DNA of 64,000 bases from the IMG/VR virus record IMGVR_UViG_3300047510_002627, positions 1 to 64,000 of that record; one strand, written 5' to 3'. The translations under genes and the position numbers were made by a program. This DNA is from a virus. Shown here one piece after another: positions 6,105 to 18,800 of the stretch (within the stretch, counting starts at the first letter, position 1; each line of letters begins with the position of its first letter). The notes under the pieces are model-generated. The model saw only the letters and a list, made by a program, of their open reading frames with translations, had not been told where the DNA came from and did no database searches.

Positions 6105-6259
6105 TGAGCAAGTTCAACATTGTATATAACGGTGAGGTTATTCACAAAGGACTCACCTATGAGAAGTCCACCGAGGTACTTGACGAACTGGCAGAAAAGT
6201 TTTATAATAAGGGAGAGTTCAAACCTGAACTTCTTGAACTTGAGGAGGTAACTGATTAA
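6104..6259 (+). CDS. Small hypothetical protein (51 aa)
   Basis: Hand translation MSKFNIVYNGEVIHKGLTYEKSTEVLDELAEKFY...; TGATG and TAATG overlaps. Confidence 0.7.
   Translation: MSKFNIVYNGEVIHKGLTYEKSTEVLDELAEKFYNKGEFKPELLELEEVTD
6180..6208 (+). promoter_or_regulatory. Near-consensus sigma70 promoter inside a CDS
   Basis: TTGACG-N17-TATAAT. Confidence 0.65.
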
Positions 6260-6405
6260 TGGCTGCGCTAAAAAAATCACTATTGGGTACTGTATTTCTT
6301 GAATCTCGCCCAAAGAAAACTCGACAGGGAAGTGGGCAGCATACAAAGTATGCAGCATCAAGTAGAAACAAAGCTCGCAAACGTTATCGTGGGCAGGGTC
6401 GATAA
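6259..6405 (+). CDS. Small basic protein (48 aa)
   Basis: MAALKKSLLGTVFLESRPKKTRQGSGQHTKYAASSRNKARKRYRGQGR*; strong SD GAGGAGGT upstream. Confidence 0.8.
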   Translation: MAALKKSLLGTVFLESRPKKTRQGSGQHTKYAASSRNKARKRYRGQGR

Positions 6406-6423
6406 ATAGAATACTACAAAGAT

Positions 6424-6449
6424 ACAGGGGGCAACCCCTGTTTTTTTTT
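6424..6449 (+). terminator. Rho-independent terminator
   Basis: ACAGGGG-GCAA-CCCCTGT (GNRA loop) followed by T9. Confidence 0.9.
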
Positions 6450-6450
6450 G

Positions 6451-6490
6451 TGTCTTATGAGGTTTTATGAGATCTTATGAGATCTTATGG
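6451..6490 (+). repeat. 10-bp tandem repeat x4
   Basis: TGTCTTATGA GGTTTTATGA GATCTTATGA GATCTTATGG. Confidence 0.9.
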
Positions 6491-6555
6491 AATAGCGGTT
6501 CGCGTTACTCTCTATAAACCGCATCTAAATACAAAAAACCCCTTAGTCTCAAAGT

Positions 6556-7206
6556 ATGTCTGAATTGATCTGCAATTTACCTTCTACAAAAGTGTGGGTA
6601 AGAAGGGAATATCTAAGAGATCACATGGATGGACATGGTGAATTTATTCAAGGAGTGTGGATTTCTGTAAAGTCTATACCTGGAAGAGCATTTTATTTTG
6701 AAACATACCTTCCAGAGTATGGTGCAATGTATGATAAATTGCCAATCAGTGCATTTTGTGCATCACCAACCACTCCTGAGGTTGATTTAAACCTTCCAAA
6801 TCTTCAATTTTGGAACTGCATGGACTATGGATTGCGTGTGATTCAGAAGCAATTCATTAGTTCTATGGATGTTGAGGCATTTACAAGAGACTTTGGGTTC
6901 ATTAAAGGTAAATATTTGTTTACAATTGACAATTTTCATCCAAATTCGGATATGATAGATACTAACGTAAGTGAATATCCAGAAGAACATAAGAGTCATA
7001 ACTGCATTTTACTTGAAAATGGTCAATTTTGCCTATACCCAAACAACAGATTGCGGTTTTATGACCTTTCAATGACTCCCGAAAACCCAAAAATGCCAGA
7101 TTTTAAAGTCTCTACTCAAATTTATCAAGTTGAGAACGGTACTGGATGGGGTAGATTGGGTGATACTGATGAATATTTTTGGAAAACTCCGAAAGAAAGA
7201 GAATAA
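6556..7206 (+). CDS. Conserved cyanophage hypothetical protein
   Basis: 216-aa ORF (VRREYL..HGEF, YDKLPISAF, EHKSHN, YPNNR); late-type CTAAATA at 6525-6531. Confidence 0.85.
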   Translation: MSELICNLPSTKVWVRREYLRDHMDGHGEFIQGVWISVKSIPGRAFYFETYLPEYGAMYDKLPISAFCASPTTPEVDLNLPNLQFWNCMDYGLRVIQKQFISSMDVEAFTRDFGFIKGKYLFTIDNFHPNSDMIDTNVSEYPEEHKSHNCILLENGQFCLYPNNRLRFYDLSMTPENPKMPDFKVSTQIYQVENGTGWGRLGDTDEYFWKTPKERE

Positions 7207-7253
7207 ACGGGATAGAAACCCCGTAAAAAGTTCTGATTTCACAAAATCAGGAG
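7207..7253 (+). ncRNA. Candidate cis-regulatory two-hairpin RNA sequestering the RBS
   Basis: ACGGG-N8-CCCGT, AAAAAG linker, then TTCTGATTT-CACA-AAATCAGGA whose 3' arm contains the SD AGGAG. Confidence 0.5.
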
Positions 7254-7258
7254 AAAAA

Positions 7259-7543
7259 ATGGCAAATTCACCAGTAGATCGCAATGCGAACATCATGAAA
7301 AACGAATTTGGCACTAATAAGTTAGTAACAGACTACGGTTGGGAGGCAAAAATGGAAGCAAATCATGATTTTTTGGATAATTTAGCAAATCATCAGCATC
7401 AAATCCTTTTGAGAGAGCTAGATCATGAAAAAAATCGTAAAAATTTGGATAAATTCAAAAAAACTAACGATTTACATGAGAAAATTCGTAATGATGACGA
7501 CTATGATGATTGGGAATACGGAACAGAACCACTTTTTGGGTGA
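7259..7543 (+). CDS. Hypothetical protein; real start ATG 7259
   Basis: SD AGGAG at 7249-7253; MANSPVDRN...DDYDDWEYGTEP. Confidence 0.75.
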   Translation: MANSPVDRNANIMKNEFGTNKLVTDYGWEAKMEANHDFLDNLANHQHQILLRELDHEKNRKNLDKFKKTNDLHEKIRNDDDYDDWEYGTEPLFG

Positions 7544-7559
7544 ATATCTGAAAAGTTGA

Positions 7560-7566
7560 ATAAATA
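7560..7566 (+). promoter_or_regulatory. T4-type late promoter
   Basis: ATAAATA just upstream of gp25. Confidence 0.7.
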
Positions 7567-7590
7567 ACCTAAGAATATTAGTGCAAGTAA

Positions 7591-7992
7591 ATGCCGCTGC
7601 AACGAATAAGTAAAAGTTTCAAAGATATTAGTTTGACTTTTAAGGCAAGTCCAATTAATAATGATCTTTTAACACTTAAAAATTCAGCGGCTATTGCACG
7701 TTCTGTAAGAAATCTTGTTTCGACATATCCTGGCGAAAGATTCTTCAATTTTGACCTTGGAACTGACGTTCAAAGAGTGACCTTTGAGCAATTTGACCTT
7801 TTAACGGCAAATGAAATAAAAAGTCAAATTGAAACTACATTAGAAATTTATGAACCAAGAATAAAACTTATAAATGTTGACGTTTCCAATGATTATGAAA
7901 ATTTAGAGTTTAATGTGACACTAAAATATGAAATTATTGGAATACAGGAGCAACCACAAGTTGTAACATTTGCACTTCAGCCAAATCGATAA
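7591..7992 (+). CDS. gp25: Baseplate wedge subunit gp25
   Basis: FKDISLTF, AIARSVRNLV, PGERFF, YEPRI motifs. Confidence 0.92.
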   Translation: MPLQRISKSFKDISLTFKASPINNDLLTLKNSAAIARSVRNLVSTYPGERFFNFDLGTDVQRVTFEQFDLLTANEIKSQIETTLEIYEPRIKLINVDVSNDYENLEFNVTLKYEIIGIQEQPQVVTFALQPNR

Positions 7993-9888
7993 ATGGCACT
8001 AGTAAATTTTTCAAATATAGACTTCGACCAAATAAAAACGTCGATCAAAGACTATTTAAGATCAAACTCAGACTTTACTGACTATGATTTTGAGGGGTCT
8101 GCACTGTCTACGGTTATTGAAATACTCGCATACAATACTTACTTAACCTCATACAATGCTAATATGATTAGCAATGAGGTTTTTATTGATAGTGCTACTT
8201 TGAGAGAAAATGTAGTTGCATTAGCAAGAAATATTGGTTATGTACCAAGGTCCAGGACCTGTGCAAGGGCAAATATAAGTTTCTCTGTGAATACTAGTTC
8301 ATTAGCACAAAGAGCGGTTACACTGTCTCTGAGAAGGGGATTATGTGCAACTGGAGGTGGTTTTCCATTCAATGTGCTCGATGATGTTTTAGTCCCTGTT
8401 ATTGATGATGTTGCAACATTTAATGGTATAGAAATTGTAGAAGGAACACTATTAACTCAAACATTTACTGTAAATAGTAAAGATCCAAATCAAAGATTTA
8501 TACTTGATAACGAAAATATTGATATATCCACAATTCTCGTTACAGTAAGGGATAACGAACAAAGAAATAACGTTCAGAAATATACATTGGCAGACAGTCT
8601 TTTTGATGTAAAATCCACATCAAAAATATATTTCATTCAGGAAATAACAGATCAAAGATATGAACTGATATTTGGAGATGGTGTATTCGGAAGAAAATTA
8701 GATAATAATAATATTATAGAGGTATCTTATTGCATATCAAGTGGAGAATCTACAAATGGTGTTTCTCAATTTGCATATAGTGGAAGAACTTTTACTAATA
8801 ATGATGAAATAATCACCAGTGGATTTTCGATTATAAAAACGGATGGTCCTTCAAGAAATGCTAAGGAAATTGAAAGTGTAAATTCAATCAGAAATTATGC
8901 TCCTAAAGTTTATGCATCTCAGTATAGAGCAGTAACTGCAACTGACTATGAAGTTCTTGTTCCTCAAATATATGCAGAAACGGAATCAATATCTGTTTTT
9001 GGTGGGGAAACTTTAGATCCTCCTCAGTATGGAAAAGTTTTTATAACAATTAAACCAATTAATGGGCAGTTTATTCCTGCGTTTGTCAAAAGAAATTTGG
9101 TAGAACAACTTCGCAAATACACTGTTGCTGGAATTGTTGTTGAAATATTAGATCTTAAATATCTTTATATTGAATATGAAACTAATGTTTATTATAATAC
9201 TTCTCAAGTTGGAAGTGCTACAAAATTAATTAAATCGGTAACTGATAATATTACAAATTATTCAAAATCTTCCGATTTAAATCAATATGGTGCTAGATTT
9301 AAATATAGTAAGTTCTTGAATGTAATTGATAAATCGAGTTCTTCGATTACTTCAAACGTAACAAACATAACTATTAGAAGAGATATTAGGGCAGCATTAA
9401 ATGAATTTGCTGGATATGAAATATGCTTTGGAAATCAATTTTTTATAGAATCTTTAGAGGGGTATAATATAAAAAGTTCTGGATTTAAAATAGCGGGTGT
9501 TGCAGATACTGTCTACATGACAGATATTCCTAATGCTGGATTGAAAGATGGTCTCATAATTTTATTCAAGCTAAATTCCGAAGGAAAAGTTGTTGTCGTA
9601 AGAAATAATGCTGGTAGAGTTGATTATGTAAAAGGTGAGGTCATATTATATCCAATAAATATTATTCAAACATCCAAAACGTTTTCAAGCGAAAATATTA
9701 TAGAGGTTGCTACAAGACCTAGATCAAATGATATTATTGGATTGCAAGATTTATATTTACAACTTGATGTTTCTTCGTCAGTAGTAAATGTAGTTCCAGA
9801 CACAATTAGTTCCGGATCTGATTTATCTGGAACTTTATTTAAACCTACTTCTAGTTACTCCGATAAGAACAAATTAGTAAGAAATTAA
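7993..9888 (+). CDS. gp6: Baseplate wedge subunit gp6
   Basis: DFDQIK..FTDYDFEGS, DSATLRENVVALARNIGY, FGDGVFG, QYRAVTATDY motifs. Confidence 0.95.
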   Translation: MALVNFSNIDFDQIKTSIKDYLRSNSDFTDYDFEGSALSTVIEILAYNTYLTSYNANMISNEVFIDSATLRENVVALARNIGYVPRSRTCARANISFSVNTSSLAQRAVTLSLRRGLCATGGGFPFNVLDDVLVPVIDDVATFNGIEIVEGTLLTQTFTVNSKDPNQRFILDNENIDISTILVTVRDNEQRNNVQKYTLADSLFDVKSTSKIYFIQEITDQRYELIFGDGVFGRKLDNNNIIEVSYCISSGESTNGVSQFAYSGRTFTNNDEIITSGFSIIKTDGPSRNAKEIESVNSIRNYAPKVYASQYRAVTATDYEVLVPQIYAETESISVFGGETLDPPQYGKVFITIKPINGQFIPAFVKRNLVEQLRKYTVAGIVVEILDLKYLYIEYETNVYYNTSQVGSATKLIKSVTDNITNYSKSSDLNQYGARFKYSKFLNVIDKSSSSITSNVTNITIRRDIRAALNEFAGYEICFGNQFFIESLEGYNIKSSGFKIAGVADTVYMTDIPNAGLKDGLIILFKLNSEGKVVVVRNNAGRVDYVKGEVILYPINIIQTSKTFSSENIIEVATRPRSNDIIGLQDLYLQLDVSSSVVNVVPDTISSGSDLSGTLFKPTSSYSDKNKLVRN

Positions 9889-9889
9889 T

Positions 9890-12800
9890 ATGGAAAAAAA
9901 CAATGTAAAGATTAGCTCTATTCTGGAATATCAGGTTCCTGAATTTATAAGAGTTGAATATCCATTATTAATTGAGTTCTTAAGAGAGTACTATAGAAGC
10001 ACAGAAATTACTTTTGGTGCAAATGATATAGTTAGTAATATACAAAACTATATTAAAATTGAGAACCTTAACAATATTGTTGATACATTTTACTTGTTTA
10101 ATGAAAGTAAAGAAATATCAGAAATTGTAAAAAATTCAACTACAATATTAAACAATGAAAGTTTAATAAGAATAAAAACATCCACCCCTCATAATTTTAT
10201 TGATGGTGATACTGTAGATATTCAACCAGAGTCATCAATTATTGATTCGATTGAAATTGATAGATCACTTTCATTTAATGGAGTCAGATTTACTATTTCT
10301 GTAATCAATGAAAATGAATTTTATTGTATTGGTAGTGGAGAAGGAATATCAAACAAAAATTTTGTAGGTGGATCATTTGGCGTTGTTACCAAAAGCAACA
10401 TTGATTCAGATTCTGATGAAATAATAATATATTCAACAGTTGATAGTAAAAAGTCTCTTCCAATATCTTATGGATTAATTCAAATTGATGAAGAAGTTAT
10501 TCTGTTTAAAGATATTGAAGATTTAACCCCCATTACTGTCGATGGACAAGAATACACTTCTTATAAGTTATTAAATTGCACAAGAGGATTTTCTGGAGTT
10601 ACTTCAATTGATAGTGATGATCAACTAACTTTTTCATCTACAGTTGCAGAAGAGCATTTTAACAGAGCAGAAGTTAAAAATTTAAGTTCAATTTTCTTAA
10701 AGGAATTTTTAAAGAAAATTAAGTACTTATATTTGCCTGGATTTGAGGACAAAGAGTTAAATCCAGAGTTAAATCAAGAAATTTTTATAAAGCAATCAAA
10801 AGATTTTTACTCATCTAAAGGTACTAACACTTCTTTTGATATTTTATTTAATGCTTTATATGGAGAAAATGTAAAAGTCATAAAACCAAGGGATTATTTA
10901 ATTGAACCATCAGATGCAGACTTTAGAGTAGTTAAAGATTTAGTAGTTGAAGCATTAGAAGGAAATCCAGAAGAATTAAATAATAAAACACTTTTTCAGG
11001 ATGACTTCGGATTTATAAATCCTGCAAGAGGAACTGTTTCTTTAGTAGAAAGAATAGAAAGAGATGATAGAACTTACTATATTGTAAGTATTGATGATGG
11101 ATATGAAAGAGACATCAATTTTAGAGGAACATTATTCAGCGAATTTTCCATTCATCCAAAAACACAAACAATACAATTTTTGGAAAGGGGATCTACTCAT
11201 ATTGATGTAGATAGTACTATAGGGTTTCCAAATTCTGGAGAATTAGTTGTTAAAACAATAGACCCCGTAACAAAAACGGTTTTAACTTATGAAATTGAGT
11301 ATCAAACAAAAAGTAGCACACAATTTTTAAAGTGCAAAACTAAAGGATCTATCGTAGACAATATTAATTTTCCAATTTATACTAACAGTGAAGTATTTTC
11401 AAATGCATTTGCATATGGATTTTCAAATGATGAATCTTTGATAAGAGTTAGAATAACTGGCGTTTTATCTGAGTTTGAACAGCAGGAAAAAACATATCTG
11501 TATGAATCCGGAAACAGAATTAGAGTAAAATCTTTAGGTTTAGATTCAAGAAATAGAAGAGATAATGATTGGGTATTTAATATTCCAGTATCATATGCTA
11601 TAAAATTTGCATTCTTGAAAGACAGCTTTAACAATTTATATGAAGTTGAATTTTTTGATAATCATAATTTTCATCTTAGAGATAGTTTTTATTTTGAAGA
11701 AGATTCTGAATTATTTGCTACAGTAGTTGATGTCACAACTGAAAATAGATTAATTTTACAATTAAATATATCCTTAGGTGTGCCTGCCGCAGGAAATAGA
11801 ATACCTAGATTAGAAAATAAAACCATTACAAAAATACTTACTAAATGCTCGATTCAACAATACCCAGAATTAAACTTCTATAACGTAAGTGTCACAAATA
11901 CTTATGTTGATACTAAAGATAATTCTACATATGTTACAAGTGGATCTTTACCCGCATATTCCAATAACATTGACGTAAGAGATGGATCTTTAGTTGGAAA
12001 GTTTAATTTTGGTATCATTAGTCCAGATGGAATCATTAAGCAAAATAAATTATTCACAGATGGAGAGATTGATTATTCCTACATAACAGTATTTTTGGAT
12101 AGTGGAGTTGGTGATCAAGCCGTAAAACATGGATTTTATACTGGAGATTCTGTAATACTGAGAAGTCTCAATCCAAATGTATCCCCGTTACCAGACGGAA
12201 TATATTATGTTAGAGATTTTAGAACTGAAGGAGATGAATATGGAATCAAACTTTCAAGTAGTAGATCAAATATTTTAAATGAAAAATATACAACATTAAC
12301 CAAACCAGATGACATACTTGCAGAATTTGATACTGTAGGAGAATATTCATTACAATATTTTGATTTTTCGATTGTTGATTTTAATTCTGAAAATAATTTC
12401 CTACCTCAATTATTAGAGTCTCAAAATCTGATTAGGAAAATTTCCGATCCAGTGCTTGATAGTCAAAGAGTAAAAACTAAAGAAGGATCTAATGGTATTT
12501 TCCTGAACGGTGTAGAAGTATTAAATTACAAATCTACAGACAATGTTTTTTATGGACCTATTGAGAAGGTTATATCTACTGCTCCTGGTAGAGGATATGA
12601 CGTAATTCATCCTCCAGAAATTTCTGTGACTGATATCGGAGGAGCTAAATTATCGTACTCGTCATCAAATGGCACTGCGGTTTTATATAATGGATCACCA
12701 TTAAAGTTTGGAGTTTCTTCTAATTCAAATCCAGTAACTTATGATGGAGTTGGAGGAGAACCAATTATAATAAATGATAAGACTCTTATATTAGGAAATA

Positions 12801-15800
12801 AGCAATTATTCATCGGACAAACTGGCGGAACTATTGTCAGAATTAATAATTTAATATTAAGTGTTGGTGGAGAAGGAGGAACTCAACTTGATATTGGAGG
12901 AACTAATGGGTTTGAAGCTAGAATTGGAAATGAAAATATTACCCTAGGAAACATTGGATCAGGATGTGTTGTATATCCAAATGTAATTGGAAAGTTAGAA
13001 AGAATTGATTTAATATATCAAGGATTTAACTATGTTGGAACACCTAAGATTTTTATAAGTGGTGGAAATGGTAATGGTGCCATTGCTGAACCAGTTATGG
13101 AATCATTTGAATATATTGCTCAGTTTGCGGCAAATTCTTTAAATTTAAATTTTGCATCTGATACAATAGGATTTACTACTTATCATAATTTTGAAAATTT
13201 TGAAGAAGTTGTTTATATAAACCCAGAAAATCAATTAATACAAGGATTGCAATCTAGAAGTAGATACGTTGTTAACGTAATAGATTCTTTTAGAGTTAAA
13301 TTATTTAAATCAAAGGAAGATGCAGTTTCTGGAATTAATACAATATCCATAACATCAACAGCACTTGGCATACATGGATTAAAGTCTGTAAAAAATAAAT
13401 CAAAGATAGGAAAAATTAATGTTATTAATTCTGGGTCTGGATACCAAAGTAAGAAAGTATCCACATTAGACTTAAACGTAAATATAGTAACAAATGTTAT
13501 AACAGTTACCGGTCATGGGTATAACAGTGGCGAAAAAATAATTTATTATACAAATGATACTCCTATTGGTGGAATAAATCAAAATACTCCATATTATGTG
13601 ACAAAAATTGATGATAATAATTTTAAATTATCTGAAGTAAACACTGGATCAGATAAACCAAATGATTTTTTCTATACTATAGGAGAATATGTAGACTTAA
13701 CAAGTGCAGGGTCTGGAAGACACTTCTTTGATTATGAACCAATATCTGTAAGAATAGACGGATTTATAGGTGTTTCAACTTCTGGTGTTCAAAATTTAAA
13801 TGCTGTTGTCCAACCAATCTTCAGAGGATCAATAGAAAATATATTTGTTGAAACTAGTGGGGATAATTATGGAACTTCTGACATTTTAAACTATTCAAGA
13901 CAACCAGAAATAACAGTAAGTAAGGGAAAAAATGCCTCATTATTACCAATTTTAAATGATAATGGATCAATTAAGGAAGTTTTAATTTTAAATCCTGGAA
14001 AAGATTATATTTCCACTCCTGATATAATTGTTAGAGGTGATGGAAATGGAGCAGTATTAACTCCAATATTAAAAAATAATTCTATTGTTGAAGTTAAAGT
14101 AATTTACGGTGGATCGGGATATACTTCAAAAAATACTATAATTGATATAGTTGATACTGGCGAAGGATTACGTGTATTCTCTTCAATAAAATCTTGGAAT
14201 GTTAACTTATTGAAGAGATATAGGGATACTGGAAGAGAAAGTGCTGATGGAGGAATATTTTATTCTGGATTGAGTGATAACTATGGTCTTCAATATACTC
14301 ATGTTTATTTGGCAGACGAACTCAGAAAAATTATTTACAAATCTGATGCAAATAAACAAACAATCACAGATTTTGAAATAGACAGAAGTGTAATCAAAGA
14401 ACACTCTCCAATAGTTGGATGGGCCTATGATGGTAATCCAATTTATGGTCCATATGGATATTCTAATGGAGTATCTGGAACAGTTAGGGCAATGAGGTCT
14501 AATTACGTCTTGAAAACAGGTATAGAAAGAAGTAATGGTCCATCATTTACCAAATATCAAAATGGTTTTTTTGTGGAGGACTATGAATATAATTCCACCA
14601 ATGGAGGAGATCTTGATGAATCGAATGGTAGATTTTGCCGTACCCCAGAATATCCAAATGGTGTATACGCATATTTCTGTACTGTAGATACCAATATTCC
14701 ATTAATTGATGGAAAAGGTTTTGAACCACAATTCCCATATGTTATTGGAAATGTATTTAAATCAAAACCTATAGAATTTAATTTTGATAAAAAATCTAAT
14801 CAAAATGAAATAGATATCAATAAAACAAACTGGTATAGAAACACACATCCATATTGCTTAAAGGATAGAGTTAGTTGTGATTATAAGTATTTACTTTCTC
14901 CAAATAGAATTAAAGATCCAATAAGTGAAGTAAAATATTCTACATTTGGTCAAATTGAGTTTGTGGATGTTGTAGTCAGTGGTGACAATTATCAAGTAGG
15001 AGATAAAATTAAATTCCAAAATGGTGATGTTATTGGACAAGATGCAACTGCAGAAGTTTCATTTATTTTAGGAAAAGAAGTTAGAGATATATCAATAGAA
15101 AGATCATCTTTTGATGGTGTAGAATTCATAAAAAATGATAACGGCACAGAATTAATAGGATTTACAGAAGAACCACATGGATATAGTACTGGAGATATAG
15201 TTTCAATAACAACTCCAATTGAAAAAATAGTATTTAAGGATATATACTTCTTCAATAATAATTTATTTGTAACCAAAAATATTCCTGTTAGTTCGACTAC
15301 AGGAATAGTAACTTATTTTGAAGTCTCTGGGGATTTATCTTATCCAACAATTAGAGAAAATGATATATACACATTACCTTCAAATGAACAAGTAAAAATA
15401 TTAAACATAGATGAAAATAATAAAACTATAAGAGTTCTTAGAGAATATAACAATGTAGTTTCATCTGGAATAATAACTTCAGGATACAGATTAGTGGAGG
15501 ATTCTAGAAAATTTAATTGTAATCTGGGAATTCAAACATACTATGACTTTAAATCAAATTACGACTACTATTTTAATGCCAAAGAATCTGTAGGCCTTGG
15601 AACTCAATTTGGACCAGGAATAACAAGTACTGTATATCCTGCTTACTCCACCTCTGGGGTTATTTCTCCAAGAGTAATTCCAACTCAAACCATATATTTA
15701 CCAAAACATGGATTTGTTACTAATGAAACTTTAGATTATTCTCCAGAAACTAGTTCTTTCATACGAGCAACAGTTAATGGTGGAGTAACTACATTTGATT

Positions 15801-18800
15801 TACCAGATAGAGTTAACGTTGTAAAAATAACCGATGATTTAATTGGAATTTCTACAGTAAAAGTTGGAATTGGTACTGATGGAGACGTGGGAATTTACAG
15901 AAATCTGGAAAATCCTTTAGATACCACAAATCCACTATTATCGTTTACATTTGCAGATGGAGCAGATCACAGATTTAAAACATTAAGGGATAATATATTA
16001 ACTGCAAAAGTATCTCAAAACATTGTAACAGTATCAACTTCTTCAACACATGGATTAACTTCTAATGATTTAATTGATATAAAAGTAGAACCAGAAAGTG
16101 AAAAAAATATAGTTATAGAGTATAATGACGAATCTAGATTATTGGTTGTTAATCCAAAACCATTTCTAGATGATGACGTTGATGTGGATGCAAATACATT
16201 TAATATCATTAATCATGGATATAAAACAGGAGATAAAGTAATTTATAAATCGGAAACTCCCCTGACTGGATTATCTGATAATCAAATTTACTATGTTGTC
16301 GCTATTAATAGAAATGAGTTTGCATTAGCAAGTTCATTTTATGAATCAAATAAGGAATTCCCAAGATTTATTAATATTAGTAATCCAACGGATGGAACTT
16401 TTTATTCAATAAATCCACCAATTACTGCCGTAGTTGGTCAAACAATATTCTTTGATTTATCAAGTGAAACATTGTCTTTCACACAAGGAAGTTCAACTTT
16501 AAGAATACCTTCTTTTGAATTTGATCTTTTCTTTGATTCCAATTTTAATCATAAATTTATATCTTCTGGAAAATCATCTATATTTGACGTTAAAAAAGTT
16601 GGTAAAATTGGTGTTGATGCAGATGCTTATGTGTCTATAAAAATTACAGATAAAACACCTAAAAATTTATATTATAAATTGACTCCTTTGGATATAAATG
16701 GTAATCCTCAAGATAAATTGTTGTCCTTTATCGATACTGAACAAAATAGTAATAATATTTTAAGTATTGTTCCAAGTATTTACGATGGTCAGTATAAGAT
16801 ATTTGATCCAATTGATAGAGATGTTACACAACCTCCATTTTTATATTCTGAATTTAAATATCAAATACCAAGAGAACCAGAAAGTGAATCTTATAATCTG
16901 AATAATTCAAATATATCATATAAAACTACATCAACTGATGCGTTTGGACCAATAGATAAAGTATCGATTAAAAATAAAGGAAGATATTTTTACAGATTAC
17001 CTTCAAAGACATTAATAAGTACTAATATTGGTACTGGCGCTATTGTCAGTGCAAATAGTACTAGTATTGGAGAAATTAAAACTGTAAATATAAAAGATAT
17101 TGGATTTGATTATCCTTCAGATTTGAGTATTAGACCAATTGCAAATCTTCCAACAATTTACAAAGTTGAACCTCTATATTCATTTGAAAGAATTACAATA
17201 ATTTCAAACGGAGTCAATTATTTACAAGCTCCAAATATAGTAGTAATTGACAATAAAACATCTTCAGTAATTGATGATGTATTTTTACAATATCAACTTG
17301 GAGATAACTTTGTTTCTATAATAAGAAATACAAAAAATCTTTCAAATATTGTACCAAGACTTGTTCCAGTTAACAATACAAACGGAATACCATTATTATT
17401 AAATATTTCAAATCCAATAGTTTTAGATATTTCAAATAATGCAGACTTAAATGAAGTTATTGCTGCAACTGATAATGCAGAATTGACAGAAGAATCTGAA
17501 GAATCCAGTTTTAATCTTCCAGATAGTTTGCCATTTACTAATTTAGTAACCATTCAATTATTCTTAGGAACTGAATATAGTAGTATTTTTGATTTTCCAT
17601 TTGAACTTGGAGATCTTGTCTTTATTGAAGATGTGGTTACTATAGAAGAGACAAATGGGGGGACAAGTAAAGGATTTAACTCAGAAAATTATAATTATTC
17701 TTTATTCAGAGTAGTGAGAAGGGATCCAAATATTGGAGGATCATCTGCATCTATAACATTAGATTTTGCTGGATATATTCCAACAGAACAATTAATTGAG
17801 GCTCCTGGATCAGATGCATTTACTGTTGATAAAATTATTTCTCAATCTGCTAGAGTAGTACCAGTAAAGTATTTTCCACAGTATCAAGTTGTACTTCAAA
17901 AGAATGATTTTATTATAGATGAGGAATTGGTTACTCTTAATGGAGAATCGGTAGGTACTGTAGAGCAGTGGGATAATGCTAATGATTACATAAAAATTGC
18001 GGAGAGGATTATTTTTGGAGAAGGTGATCAAATCATTGGGCAGACATCAAAAACTAAAGCAAATCTTTTAAAGAAAATTGAATTTGATGCTGGATATACA
18101 ACTGGAAGCACTTCGGTAGTCAATAAGGGGTGGCAGTCGGATACTGGTAAATTAAATTCTGATTTACAAAGAACCAATGATAGTGATTTTTATCAATACT
18201 TCTCATATGCGTTAAGATCAAAGATCCCCATCGATAAATGGGATGATGTTGTTGGATCTTTAAATCACACAGCAGGATTTAAAAGATTTTCTCAATTGCA
18301 AGTTGAATCAGAACCTGGGTTATATAGTGGCATATCAACATCTCAAGATGCTGGTGTTTCTTTTGGAATTGGGGATATAATTTCAGAAGTTAGTTTGAAC
18401 TGTTATTATGATTTTGACTTAGTTAGAGAAACTACATTTGCAAATAATCCACTTAGATCTAATGAATTAATTTTTGGAAGTGCTATTCTTCAAGATTATA
18501 TTGAATCAGTTGGAAATAGAGTTTTAAATATTGATGACATTAGTAAAAATTTCAATGCTTTACCAAGAGAAACTTCATTCTCAGTTGTTGCTAGATCCGA
18601 TAGTACTGAAATAAGAACTAGAAAATTCTTTTTCTACACTCAAGATAGAAGATTTATTAATGATAAGCAGATGAATATTCTTCTTTCTACTCATGATAAT
18701 TTTACACCATATTTGAGTAACTATGGTAGATTAGAAACTAGATACGATCTTGCATATTTCGATTCAAGAATTCTTAGTGGTCAACAACAATTACTATTTT

